Shown here: piece after piece, positions 1 to 9,223 of the stretch
Numbering within the stretch: the first letter of the stretch is position 1
Layout of the letters: each line of letters begins with the position of its first letter
IMG/VR virus record: IMGVR_UViG_3300023179_000030
Span: 62,242 to 126,241 of that record
DNA from: a virus
Direction: 5' to 3' (one strand)
DNA length: 64,000 bases
Position numbers and translations under genes: made by a program
The notes under the pieces: model-generated
Database searches by the model: none
What the model was told of the DNA's origin: nothing
What the model saw: the letters and a program-made list of their open reading frames with translations, nothing else

Positions 1-650
1 ACTTTACTTTTATTCGCCAATGTAGTTTTCATTTTGGCAACTATGTTGGCATTTTTTAATGGACTAGTAGTTTGATATCTCAATATGTTGGTTTGTTTTA
101 TCTTTTCAACTTGTGATTTATTTTGCATGTGGTGCTCTACACCATATTTTTGAATATAAGTTTGCTTGGTTTTTTCTGCTATACTATTAAGTCGTGATTC
201 AGAAAATTCGGCTCGTGTTTTTTTAATTTTATCTGAAACAGTTGTTGATTGACTGGGCCAATCAACACCGAATTTTTTTTGATTAGTAGATTTTCGTCGT
301 TGTTCTATATTTGGTATCATTGATACCGCGGTAACCCCATATCGTTGTTTTAGTGTTTCAGTTTGTTTATTGAGTCTAATAGTTTTAATGCACTGACATT
401 TATTACCCAATACACATCCTGCTCTATAACCAAGATCAAATGTGTTAAACTGACGTTTATTTCCAAATTCACAATAAGGAGGTGGACCATTTAAAATGAT
501 ATACACACGTTCCATGATATTTTTAACTTCGACGTCAGTATATTGTGCATTGACCCAGGCTAATATTTCAGTATTACGCGATAACCAAGCAGGTAATGTG
601 CTAGATTTGTGAGATGATAACCAAGATTGAATTTGTTCAATATGATGCAT
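1..650 (-). CDS. Partial ORF (runs off left edge), homing-endonuclease-like protein with repeated K/R-Y/F-G-V motifs
   Basis: Not in the ORF track. Hand translation from ATG at 650 gives MHHIEQIQSWLS...CEFGNKRQF...GCVLGNKCQC...KQRYGV...KKFGV...QKYGVEHHMQ and is open to the edge. TAAATA lies at 655-660. Confidence 0.6.
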   Translation of the reverse strand, partial: MHHIEQIQSWLSSHKSSTLPAWLSRNTEILAWVNAQYTDVEVKNIMERVYIILNGPPPYCEFGNKRQFNTFDLGYRAGCVLGNKCQCIKTIRLNKQTETLKQRYGVTAVSMIPNIEQRRKSTNQKKFGVDWPSQSTTVSDKIKKTRAEFSESRLNSIAEKTKQTYIQKYGVEHHMQNKSQVEKIKQTNILRYQTTSPLKNANIVAKMKTTLANKSK

Positions 651-681
651 TATATATTTAGCATTCACCTCGGAGTAGTAA

Positions 682-2772
682 TTAATATGCCGCGTTTAGA
701 ATACGTTGCTGGATATTTCTCGTATCTCTCATTTCTTCCAACAGTTCTCTAGTCAATTCATTTTGTGATTGCATTTCTCTCAGCATTGGGCTGAAATCTA
801 TGTTCATGGGGATTCCGCCACCTTTAAGTGGTATAACTGCCTCTGGTCCAGATTCACCTACAATGCTGGGTGTATTAGCGATGCCGCCCTGAGCTCGAGC
901 TGGTAATCCATTAAGCTGTTTTCTAAGTTCATCAATTTCAGTCTGAAGTTTTTGTATATATTCCCTATTATCTTGAAATGCTGGATTAATATTCTGTACA
1001 CTGCGTTCTTTGATCCCTATCAATGTGGAAATTTGTTCTGCTGTCAAAGATTTTTCAGCATTTTTCTTATTATCATATTGTTTTTGTTCTTCGGGTGTGG
1101 GTCCAGGTCCTGATAAGTCATTTTCTCCAGTAACCGAGAACCCCGGGGCGGACTGCCCATTGGTTGAATTATCCTCTTTAATACCTAATTTTTTAATTAT
1201 TGCGGCTAAATCCCCCCTTATGATATCCCCCAGTATGTCCAATGATTCTGCAAACTTTTCTGCTGATTTGTAACCCAGTGTCAATGCTTCATTAACAAAT
1301 TTTAAATTTTTAATTGTTAACCCTTCCATTTGAATTTTAAAGTTTTCCAGTCCCATCACAGCTTGGTCTACTATACCCACCACTGATTTTTGAGCTTTTT
1401 CTGCTGCTTCGGTAGTGCTTTTGGATGCTTGAAGTTGTGCATCCACCATATTTGACTGTGCCGAATATGACCGTGTTACTGCTACTGTGGTGTCATTAAT
1501 CATTTTTAATAGGTCTGGACCGTAACCCGCAGCAAAAATTTGATTTAGATCCTTATACTGTGCAGCAGCAACCTTAATTAATTCGGTATTGTCTTGAATA
1601 ATTTTTGCCTGTTGCTCTTTGGATCTAGTAGTATCTTGATTGGTTGTAGACAACAGTTGTGTCACTACATTTGATATCTCAGGCATCATAGCTTGAAATT
1701 GTAACCCACCCTTGCTTATAACATTGCCGCCCTGGGCCACCATTTCCATGGCAAGTTTACCAGCTTGTTCACCGTATTGCTGTGAAATTTGTGTTATTGC
1801 GGTATTTGTGTTTTGCCGTTGAGTTAGATCCATGGCATTAAGTGCTGTTTGATATGCTGCAACTTTTGTTCGCTCTTCTTGTTCACGTTTCAAAGCGTCA
1901 ACACTTTTACCTGTCATCACACTTAACTCTTTCTGATTCAATAGATATTCCCTCGCACCTTTTTCCAAATCTCTTTGACTTTTTACTGCATTGTCACCGA
2001 CTCTAGTTTGTGCAACCATGTAATCCGCTAATTCAGATCCCAAGTTTTCAAATCCACCATAAATTGTTATTAGTCCTGGTCCCAATTTTTTTGTCATTGA
2101 CGCAATTGACACCGCCGATGTCTGAGAATTACCTGCCAATTCAGCTAATTGTGCAGCATTTTTACTGGCAAAATGCCCAAAAGTTTCTAAACTCAATCCC
2201 GCATTGGCTGCTTGTTGTTGTGCCTTTTCCAAACTTCCACCAAATATCATACCAACATTAGTTAACTTATTATAATTTGATACCAATGTTTGTGTAGCTT
2301 GTAATTGTTGTTTGGCCACTGCCAATGATATATCTACTGCCTTCATCGCTGCTTTGCCAGTGGCAGTTGACGCTTTTTCCAGAGAACTTCCTAAAAAAGG
2401 TATCCAAGCAGTGGCCGCACCTCCAACTTGGCTGAAAATATCAATTGTAGATTTTAATGCGTGTCCCACTAAATCCAAAACTGGAATAATAGCAGTAAAA
2501 GCCGATGTAGATCCCGAAACTGAATACCCCAAACTAGCTACACCGCCTGCAACACTGTTGGCTGCTGATTTGAACCCTGACCAAGATTTAGATATCTCAT
2601 CTGTTTTGCTTGATAGCCTACTCAGAGCCTCTGCTTCGGCTGAAGCAGCACTGGCCATATTATTGGTTGACCTTGCCATGGAAGCCAACGCCCTAGTCAC
2701 CTCCTGTGCTTGAGCCGTAGTTAAATTTAGCTGGCTAGCCATCTGTCTAAGTGTTTCTTCGGTGTCGATCAT
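682..2772 (-). CDS. Tape-measure-like tail protein
   Basis: 696 aa, Ala/Gln/Ser-rich and helical. C-terminal ARAQGGI...VGESGPEAVIPL motif is typical of tape-measure C-termini. Next to the gp26-like gene. Confidence 0.6.
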   Translation of the reverse strand: MIDTEETLRQMASQLNLTTAQAQEVTRALASMARSTNNMASAASAEAEALSRLSSKTDEISKSWSGFKSAANSVAGGVASLGYSVSGSTSAFTAIIPVLDLVGHALKSTIDIFSQVGGAATAWIPFLGSSLEKASTATGKAAMKAVDISLAVAKQQLQATQTLVSNYNKLTNVGMIFGGSLEKAQQQAANAGLSLETFGHFASKNAAQLAELAGNSQTSAVSIASMTKKLGPGLITIYGGFENLGSELADYMVAQTRVGDNAVKSQRDLEKGAREYLLNQKELSVMTGKSVDALKREQEERTKVAAYQTALNAMDLTQRQNTNTAITQISQQYGEQAGKLAMEMVAQGGNVISKGGLQFQAMMPEISNVVTQLLSTTNQDTTRSKEQQAKIIQDNTELIKVAAAQYKDLNQIFAAGYGPDLLKMINDTTVAVTRSYSAQSNMVDAQLQASKSTTEAAEKAQKSVVGIVDQAVMGLENFKIQMEGLTIKNLKFVNEALTLGYKSAEKFAESLDILGDIIRGDLAAIIKKLGIKEDNSTNGQSAPGFSVTGENDLSGPGPTPEEQKQYDNKKNAEKSLTAEQISTLIGIKERSVQNINPAFQDNREYIQKLQTEIDELRKQLNGLPARAQGGIANTPSIVGESGPEAVIPLKGGGIPMNIDFSPMLREMQSQNELTRELLEEMRDTRNIQQRILNAAY

Positions 2773-2795
2773 TTTTTTAACCCTGAGAATTTTGA

Positions 2796-2815
2796 TAAGT
2801 ATATAACATTATTTA
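2796..2815. promoter_or_regulatory. Divergent late-type promoter pair (TAAGTA on +, TAAATA on -)
   Basis: TAAGTA at 2796-2801 (+) and TAAATA at 2815-2810 (-) lie in the short gap between divergent structural genes. They resemble the T4 late TATAAATA box. Confidence 0.45.
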
Positions 2816-2827
2816 TTGGATTTAAAA

Positions 2828-3670
2828 ATGACAGAAGCAACCTCTAACCCGCTATCTAAATACTTCAGACAACCACAGATATATATTAAATTACCCAGTG
2901 GTGGAGAATGGTGGCCAGCAGGAAGTCTGGATCTCCCAGTAAACAAAGAGATACCAATTTATGCAATGACTGCAAAAGATGAGCTTTCATTAAAAACACC
3001 AGACGCCTTAATGAATGGACAGGCCACTGTTGATATAATTCAAAGCTGTGTCCCCGCTGTCAAGAATGCTTGGCATACCCCTTCAGTGGATATTGATGCA
3101 TTGTTGATAGCTATTAGGCAAGCAACCTACGGCAATCGCATGGAGATAGTCAGTGTATGCCCGCATTGCTCGGCAAAAAATGAAAATGCAGTAGATTTAT
3201 CTGTTATTCAACATAATTTGTCTTGCCCAGACTTCAAAACACCGGTTTCAGTAGAGGGTTTAGAAGTTTATTTAAAACCGCAAAGTTTTTTTGATATAAA
3301 TCAAAGGGGAATCAAAAATTATGAAGAACAAAGGTTATTGAGCATTGTCAGCTCTGAAGAATTATCCGAAACCGAAAAATTAGAAAAATTTAGTGCTTTA
3401 TTCAAAAATGTACTCAATTTGACAGTTGCACAAATGGCCATGAATGTTGGGGGCATTAAAACACCTGAGGGAATCGTTGAAAATAGGCAATTTTTAAATG
3501 AGTTCTTTGCAAATTGCGATCGACCAATTTGGAATGCAGTAAGGGACAGAATTGCAAATATAAATGAAACTTCAAGTCTTAAAAATATCCCAATAACCTG
3601 CGACAATGATGCTTGTCTTAAAGAGTATTCATCACCACTTCAATTCGAGTTGACAAATTTTTTCGGTTAA
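2828..3670 (+). CDS. Baseplate hub assembly protein / tail chaperone, T4 gp26-like
   Basis: NPLSKYFRQP, LPSGG, MTAKDE, CPHC and C-x4-C motifs, ending NFFG. Start moved to ATG 2828. Confidence 0.7.
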   Translation: MTEATSNPLSKYFRQPQIYIKLPSGGEWWPAGSLDLPVNKEIPIYAMTAKDELSLKTPDALMNGQATVDIIQSCVPAVKNAWHTPSVDIDALLIAIRQATYGNRMEIVSVCPHCSAKNENAVDLSVIQHNLSCPDFKTPVSVEGLEVYLKPQSFFDINQRGIKNYEEQRLLSIVSSEELSETEKLEKFSALFKNVLNLTVAQMAMNVGGIKTPEGIVENRQFLNEFFANCDRPIWNAVRDRIANINETSSLKNIPITCDNDACLKEYSSPLQFELTNFFG

Positions 3671-3675
3671 GGCTT

Positions 3676-3879
3676 TTGGCTCAAAGCAATGAGGATATAG
3701 CAAAAATGCTTGATAACTACGACAAAGAGTCAAAAGCCTTAACAAAATCAATTTTGAAATTATGTTTACATATGCATGGTGGTATTACACTAAACGAAGC
3801 TTGGGCTATGTCATTTAGTGATAGAAATATTTTAATTGAGTTAATCAATGAGCAGCAGGAAGCTTCAATGAAATCATGA
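3676..3879 (+). CDS. Small gp51-like protein, probably also made as a -1 frameshift extension of the upstream gene
   Basis: HMHGGITLNEAWAMS..DR motif. Weak TTG start. The frame is open back through slippery T TTT TTC at 3658-3664. Confidence 0.55.
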   Translation: MAQSNEDIAKMLDNYDKESKALTKSILKLCLHMHGGITLNEAWAMSFSDRNILIELINEQQEASMKS

Positions 3880-3912
3880 CATACCATTTACTATCATAGA
3901 CCAATACTATCG

Positions 3913-3933
3913 GGGAAGAGCCTGGCTCTTCCC
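3913..3933 (+). terminator. Hairpin, probable intrinsic terminator
   Basis: GGGAAGAGC-CTG-GCTCTTCCC followed by a pyrimidine run, just after the + strand gene pair. Confidence 0.45.
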
Positions 3934-4080
3934 GCTTCTTCTTGTAATTGCATTCATGCTTCGCATTTCATGCAATTACCATCGAAGCTTTTTTATTAAT
4001 TGGGATTAGCTTTTTTAGATTAATGATTGTGTATAGTGTAACTTTACTATTAGTGGGTGTTTGGTCTTCTAAAAAGTACC

Positions 4081-4415
4081 TCATCCAGATTAATTGCCAT
4101 GATTCGCCTGTTGCCAGGCGAAAAAAAGACTTCATCCGAGTTGTATAGCCATCTATTCAAAAGAGATTACAAGTTACAACATCATAGCAAAATATTGTAG
4201 TTGCGCGGAGGCGGTTGACCGGTACCCCCTACTCTAGCTTCGCGTGTCAACGGTACCCTAGTAATCCGGAATAGACCCAAATCCTATAAGTTCGGGTTGT
4301 ATCTGTTTCACAGAGCCCGGACCATTTATACCTTAAGTTAGTATTATCCTGTGGCGTCCAAGTCCGAATATGGTATCTCACATATCCTCAATGGAGTTGG
4401 GTCAAACACCCAACA
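4081..4415 (-). ncRNA. Candidate large structured non-coding RNA (unassigned)
   Basis: GC-richer intergenic region with many stems, including TTCGCCTG-GCAA-CAGGCGAA (GNRA loop on - strand), GTTGAC/GTCAAC, TCTGT-GAA-ACAGA within CGGG/CCCG, and long-range TCTATTC/GAATAGA. Confidence 0.5.
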
Positions 4416-4439
4416 CAATGCCTGATGTTGCTATGCGGT

Positions 4440-4958
4440 TTACATACAAAGAAGTTTAACTTTGTCTGCGTTTAACCTAAAAAATTCCTCTTGGCCCATA
4501 ATGAGCCAGTTTCCATGATGATTTGATTTATATATTAATGAATTTATTTGTGGATTTGACGTGGTGTCTGTGTCTGTAAATTGAGCGGCTACAAACGTGC
4601 CTTTTCTATTAAACTTCATAAAAATGATATTGAAGTCGCCGGGGTCGGAGACATCCATACACTGATTGATCCAATTTTCTAGAACTTTAACTTGCCCTAA
4701 AAATAATTGATGAAACGGAAAATCCTTATAGGACTTACATTCGACATTTAACCTGGGAAAACTTTCCCCGGGAACAATATCACCTTTGCTATGTCGAATC
4801 TGCGATTCACTTAGTGAGTCTTTTCTAAATGAGTTTTTGCCCCCTATATAAGCTCCGGAATTTTGGACGCGCATAAACGATTCCTTATAGAGATCAGATA
4901 AAAATCTCGCAATTTCTCGTTCGAATCCTGAACCTTTGGATTTTTGTGAAGAAGGCAT
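4440..4958 (-). CDS. Holliday junction resolvase-like PD-(D/E)xK nuclease
   Basis: KSKGSGFEREIA...GDI...VECKSY motif, downstream of gp46/47. Confidence 0.7.
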   Translation of the reverse strand: MPSSQKSKGSGFEREIARFLSDLYKESFMRVQNSGAYIGGKNSFRKDSLSESQIRHSKGDIVPGESFPRLNVECKSYKDFPFHQLFLGQVKVLENWINQCMDVSDPGDFNIIFMKFNRKGTFVAAQFTDTDTTSNPQINSLIYKSNHHGNWLIMGQEEFFRLNADKVKLLCM

Positions 4959-4996
4959 GTTGTTACTTATGTTATATTCCAGGGATAAAAATATTT

Positions 4997-6985
4997 TTAA
5001 TTAGCCATTTCTACATCAGCACTATAAGAAGTAAAACCATTGGATTTAACTACTCGTAAAATGTTGCTAACTCTACTGACAAGGTCATCTTTGTGGGAAA
5101 CTAGCCAAATTGACTTATTTGTATCACGACTCATTTTTTTAAGTATAGCCAGTGTATTCTCTGTGCCATTGGAATCCAAACCATTGTCCACCAGTTCATC
5201 AATAAACAATAAATTAATGGGTTGATAAAGGCTTTCCCAAACATCACGGAAGGCCCAACTTAAACTCAGCACCAGCCTAGTGGTTTCCCCACGACTTAGA
5301 TTACCATAATCTAATTCTCGCCCATATTCCTCGATACTTACAGTCAAATCATTTAAAAACTTAACTGTGTGAGGTAATCCAATCTTGTCAAGATAATATC
5401 CCAAACGTGCATTTAAATAACTTAAATTTTGATCAATGATCTTTTTCCTAATAAAACTATCTTTATTTGTTAGTAATTTCAATAAAAATTCTTGATGTTC
5501 CTTGAACGTTGTTAAATTATTAATGTGATCGTAGCTAATTTCCTGCAAGGCATATTCTTTCATCTCAGAGATTTGATCCGCATAGGGGTCGATCTCTTCC
5601 TTCTTAGCTTTTAATTGAGCAACTACATTTGCTATACTGCTTTTATGCTCGAATGCATCTGATTCATTGTCATAATATACCTGCGGTTTTTTTGTTAGCT
5701 CACCCATAGACTTCAAAGCATCCTCTAATTTGGCTAAATCATTGGTGGTTTTGGAATTTTGAAGTTTTGCATCTGCCAGTGATTTTTGTTTGCCTAATAA
5801 TACTTGCTCTTGTTTTTCGTCATGAAATGCTTGACCGCAACTATGGCAAGTGTGATTTTCCAAGCTTTGTATCTCTAATTCTAACTTTTTAATATCTTTT
5901 TGTTCTCTAGACATATCCAATTTACTGCGACGTATTAGTTCAGTAAGATCTGAAATATCTTTGGATTTTTGTTTGTAAACAGCTAGATCTTTGTGAGCTT
6001 TGAGTTCATTTTCTATATCCAACTTGTTTAACTCATCTAAAGCCAGTGATAAATCTGATATATCCTGTGTGTTCTTTTTACGCCATAGGTTTTGTCTACG
6101 TATTAGGGCATCTATCTGTTCAGAAATCCTGGCATTGGAATCTTTGACTGATTTAATCCTAAAATCTTCTTGGGTGATAGCATCTTTGGTTTCACGATTT
6201 TGTTCTTTGAGAATCTCAGATTTTTCACTGAGTAAAGTAATGCCCAGTAATTGTTCGATGATATTTCTTTGGTCCAGGGCGCGGAGACCCAAAAATGGCT
6301 CAGTGTAAGTGTTGAGAACTACAATATGCTTAAACATATCATAGCTCATATTTAATAATCGTTCTATGTCCTGCTGAGTTTCTCTACTATCTCCCTGACT
6401 GTTGTCATCTTTGGCTTCTTGTAGTTGATCATTGACATAAAACTTCAATATATTGGGTTTTCTTCCACGTTCTATTTTATAGTTTATGCCGGAACATTCA
6501 AAATCTACAGTGACAAGCATACCTTTGCCATTGGTTCTATTGATTAGATTGTCTTTTTTAATATTGGTTATAGCATGGCCGTATAGACCATAACATAGCC
6601 CTTGTATAAGAGTTGTATTGTGGGATAAGATACCATTAGTATAATATCTATGATCATTGGAATTTACTGTAATATCAAACATGTTTTCTTCAGTCTCTGA
6701 TACTACTATGCTAACGACTCGATCTAAACCGCAATCAGTTTGTATATATGATAATGGTTTGATATTTTTAACAAATATCTCGTTAAAATTTTCATCAAAT
6801 ACAATATGATCGTCTGCACACTCCAATCTTTTGCCAGATTCAGTTATCACAGTCCAGACCTGATATGGTATAGTTTTCATTATTTTAGAGATAGGATGCC
6901 ATCCAGAATCGGTTTCAATCTCTAGATTTTGCAAGTCTACAAAATCTATAATTTTTCTTGTTACCGTGTCAGAAATTGTATGCAT
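4997..6985 (-). CDS. gp46: gp46/SbcC(Rad50)-like ATPase, C-terminal fragment fused to C-part of a split intein
   Basis: First 123 aa are intein-like (CADDH, MFDITV, YYTNGILSHN|T). Then coiled coil, CHSC zinc hook, LSRGE signature, LLFIDE Walker B and VSH H-loop. Confidence 0.9.
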   Translation of the reverse strand: MHTISDTVTRKIIDFVDLQNLEIETDSGWHPISKIMKTIPYQVWTVITESGKRLECADDHIVFDENFNEIFVKNIKPLSYIQTDCGLDRVVSIVVSETEENMFDITVNSNDHRYYTNGILSHNTTLIQGLCYGLYGHAITNIKKDNLINRTNGKGMLVTVDFECSGINYKIERGRKPNILKFYVNDQLQEAKDDNSQGDSRETQQDIERLLNMSYDMFKHIVVLNTYTEPFLGLRALDQRNIIEQLLGITLLSEKSEILKEQNRETKDAITQEDFRIKSVKDSNARISEQIDALIRRQNLWRKKNTQDISDLSLALDELNKLDIENELKAHKDLAVYKQKSKDISDLTELIRRSKLDMSREQKDIKKLELEIQSLENHTCHSCGQAFHDEKQEQVLLGKQKSLADAKLQNSKTTNDLAKLEDALKSMGELTKKPQVYYDNESDAFEHKSSIANVVAQLKAKKEEIDPYADQISEMKEYALQEISYDHINNLTTFKEHQEFLLKLLTNKDSFIRKKIIDQNLSYLNARLGYYLDKIGLPHTVKFLNDLTVSIEEYGRELDYGNLSRGETTRLVLSLSWAFRDVWESLYQPINLLFIDELVDNGLDSNGTENTLAILKKMSRDTNKSIWLVSHKDDLVSRVSNILRVVKSNGFTSYSADVEMAN
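6617..6985 (-). mobile_element. Split intein, long C-fragment (123 aa)
   Basis: Block B-like ECADDH, block F DITV, terminal His-Asn followed by Thr+1. Confidence 0.85.
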
Positions 6986-7038
6986 TGTTTAACCTTTGTC
7001 TTTACAATTTTTTCTAGTGTGTTGTTCCAACGCAGCAT
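6961..7038 (-). pseudogene. 25-codon mini-ORF, possible remnant of a deleted intein-associated endonuclease
   Basis: MLRWNNTLEKIVKTKVKQCIQFLTR* in an alternate frame, overlapping the end of IntN and the start of IntC. Confidence 0.4.
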
Positions 7039-7276
7039 TGTATAATTCCCCCATGGTTAATTCGGTTATTTCCCCTGTTATGGTATTACGTAACCTTACA
7101 CTAGTGTTTACTCCAACACATTTACCTGTGCCATTTTTCGCGCCTGAATCTTCTCCGCCAAGATCTATGTTTTCACCCAAAACTAAGGTTAGATCGGATC
7201 GTTCAAAGTTAACTGCTTGAGTATTGTTACCAATGCTAAGAAAATTCCTAGCAGATAATGACTTAATTTTAAACAA
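6989..7276 (-). CDS. gp46: gp46 N-terminal fragment (52 aa) fused to short N-part of a split intein (43 aa)
   Basis: TTG start 1 nt after the gp47 stop. FKIKSLSARNFLSIGN...GAKNGTGK (Walker A) is followed by CVGVNTSV...TMGELY (intein block A). Confidence 0.85.
   Translation of the reverse strand: MFKIKSLSARNFLSIGNNTQAVNFERSDLTLVLGENIDLGGEDSGAKNGTGKCVGVNTSVRLRNTITGEITELTMGELYNAALEQHTRKNCKDKG
6992..7120 (-). mobile_element. Split intein, short N-fragment (43 aa)
   Basis: Begins with Cys directly after the Walker A Lys and ends at a TAA stop. Confidence 0.8.
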
Positions 7277-7277
7277 A

Positions 7278-8294
7278 TTACAAGTTCCTATAAATGTCCA
7301 ATAACAAATTGTTATCAAAATGATCGCTATTAATGGCAGTGAGCTGCTCTGTTACAATTTGATCAACACTTTGAAATACAATATTTCCCTGTATTTCGTA
7401 TTTTTCCAAATCTGTATTTTTTTGAGGTATCAAGGCAATCTCTCTAATTTTGTAGTCAGATATAAATGTCTCTTTGATAAAATTGGCTTCTTCGTAACTG
7501 ATGTCTATATCCAAGTTTACACGTACATGCATACCTGGTTTCAATACAGTTTCTGGGCTAGCCAATATTGCTCCAAGGCCCAGTACCCTATATACCGGTT
7601 GTTCTGGCCAAGAATGAAATACGGGATCCTGCCCCCATTCCAAAATCATCATACCTCGTTCATCGTCGCCGGCGTCAGCATAGTTATGTGGGAAACAATT
7701 TCCAATATACGTAATATTCTTATTTTGTTGCCGTTTATGGAAATGACCAGTGAATACATGATCAAAATGCCCAAAATGCTCACGTTGTATTTCACCATGA
7801 TCTGGCATTGCAACCATGGCATTCATATAAAAGTGTGGTAACTCAAAATGGCCAAACATATATTTACCATTGAGTTTTGGTATACGTTTATGATCGTCGC
7901 CCACCAACCAAGGCGCAATGACTACATCTCCCTGGGAAAACCAATCATTACAAATCTGTACATTTGGTAAGTGTTTGGCCCATTCCACACTTTGAACATC
8001 ACGTTTGTCTCGGTAGTAGAGGTCGTGGTTGCCGGGAATAAAGAATACTTGATCAAAATTGTCGTTTAAATGTTCTAGAGCTTTTAAGCTATAATTCAAG
8101 GTCAAAATGTTTATCGAAGCTCGATTATTATGATAATCGCCTAAAAACAAACAGGTTTCACAGCCCAGAGATTTTGCTTTGGCAGTGGCCCAACGAATAA
8201 AATTCCAACAGTCCTCATTGTGTTGAATACTATTAGACTTTAAACCAAAATGTATGTCGGTAAAAACTGCTGCTTTTTTGAATAGATTACTCAT
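7278..8294 (-). CDS. gp47: gp47/SbcD(Mre11)-like nuclease
   Basis: Metallophosphoesterase motifs DIHFG, LGD, GNHD, GH and GHFH. Start MSNLF at 8294. Confidence 0.9.
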   Translation of the reverse strand: MSNLFKKAAVFTDIHFGLKSNSIQHNEDCWNFIRWATAKAKSLGCETCLFLGDYHNNRASINILTLNYSLKALEHLNDNFDQVFFIPGNHDLYYRDKRDVQSVEWAKHLPNVQICNDWFSQGDVVIAPWLVGDDHKRIPKLNGKYMFGHFELPHFYMNAMVAMPDHGEIQREHFGHFDHVFTGHFHKRQQNKNITYIGNCFPHNYADAGDDERGMMILEWGQDPVFHSWPEQPVYRVLGLGAILASPETVLKPGMHVRVNLDIDISYEEANFIKETFISDYKIREIALIPQKNTDLEKYEIQGNIVFQSVDQIVTEQLTAINSDHFDNNLLLDIYRNL

Positions 8295-8300
8295 TGTCTT

Positions 8301-8329
8301 ATTATAGTGAAGATGGCTGAACAAGTCTA
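8301..8329 (-). promoter_or_regulatory. sigma70-type promoter for gp47 (leaderless)
   Basis: TAGACT-17-TATAAT, with ATG 6 nt after the -10 box. Confidence 0.6.
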
Positions 8330-8347
8330 GCTAAACGAAAGAAGTTT

Positions 8348-9223
8348 TTAATCCTCATCTGAATAACCTCCACCTGAACTCATACCCTGCCTTGTATATG
8401 ATGGATTTAAACCAGCCATTTCAAGTATATCATCACGTAAATTCTGATTGCGCTTTTCTATGTTAAGCACTCGGGTAAAAGAATTTGTCAAAGCAGCAGT
8501 ATAATAAGCAAATGGATTTTGGCTCTTACTTTCATCAAATTGCAGCCCAATTTGGCACAATTGCACTAAGGCTTGCGATCTCATCTCGTCATTATATGTA
8601 TAACCTCTCCAGTTACTGCGAGTAGCATATCTCTCACAGAGTTTCATAAACATAAGTGCTAGCTTTTTAGTCATACTGCCATGATCTCTACTAAATTCAC
8701 CAGTGTGCAAACCCCCTCGCCAGTGGCTTTTTCCAACCATAATGGGTTCATTGTTTTCCGTCACCCGGTAATGTAAAAATGGTGGAAAATTAACCTTTAC
8801 GTATTTGTTATGTTTGGGGTCTTCTTCATCATATTCGGTATGGGCCAGTTCTTCTTCATCTTCATAAAGTTCCTTGGCCGTATCCCTGGCCTTTCGGGTT
8901 TTTATGTCATCTAAAGGTATATGCTCCCAGGTCATGACTCTAAAAACTACTTCAGAGGGTAAAATCTTGCTGATTTTAATTTCAAAATCTGATTGCTTTT
9001 GTTTAGTACCGGTTTCTAAAACCGCATTATCATAGGCCACTTTGCTCAAACGCTCAGCTCTGAGCTTTCTGCCTGCTAGTATAGTTTTTTTATTGATCTC
9101 ACTGACATCATTGATGATAATATCATAATCGGCATCCAGTGGGTCTGAATATGAGCAATAGGAATTTTTACTTTTGTGAATTTCTTTCAAAATATCTTTG
9201 TTGTTTAAATAATTGATTCTAAT
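8348..9223 (-). CDS. gp55: Late-transcription sigma factor, T4 gp55-like (ATT start)
   Basis: NYLNNKD N-terminus, NWRGYTYNDEM and FDESKSQNPFAYYT. AAGGAG-7nt-ATT at 9223. Confidence 0.75.
   Translation of the reverse strand: MRINYLNNKDILKEIHKSKNSYCSYSDPLDADYDIIINDVSEINKKTILAGRKLRAERLSKVAYDNAVLETGTKQKQSDFEIKISKILPSEVVFRVMTWEHIPLDDIKTRKARDTAKELYEDEEELAHTEYDEEDPKHNKYVKVNFPPFLHYRVTENNEPIMVGKSHWRGGLHTGEFSRDHGSMTKKLALMFMKLCERYATRSNWRGYTYNDEMRSQALVQLCQIGLQFDESKSQNPFAYYTAALTNSFTRVLNIEKRNQNLRDDILEMAGLNPSYTRQGMSSGGGYSDED

Noticed and set aside
4081-4140. Hammerhead ribozyme from the GGATGA motifs
   Set aside because: The CUGAUGA core and correctly placed GAAA are not matched.
3948-4148. 66-aa + strand ORF
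   Set aside because: It has a TTG start and no SD, and it overlaps the structured non-coding element. Likely spurious.
6989-6991. Stop-codon reassignment or readthrough as the explanation for the in-frame TAA in gp46
   Set aside because: TAA, TAG and TGA all terminate genes normally here, and the downstream half has its own SD and ATG.
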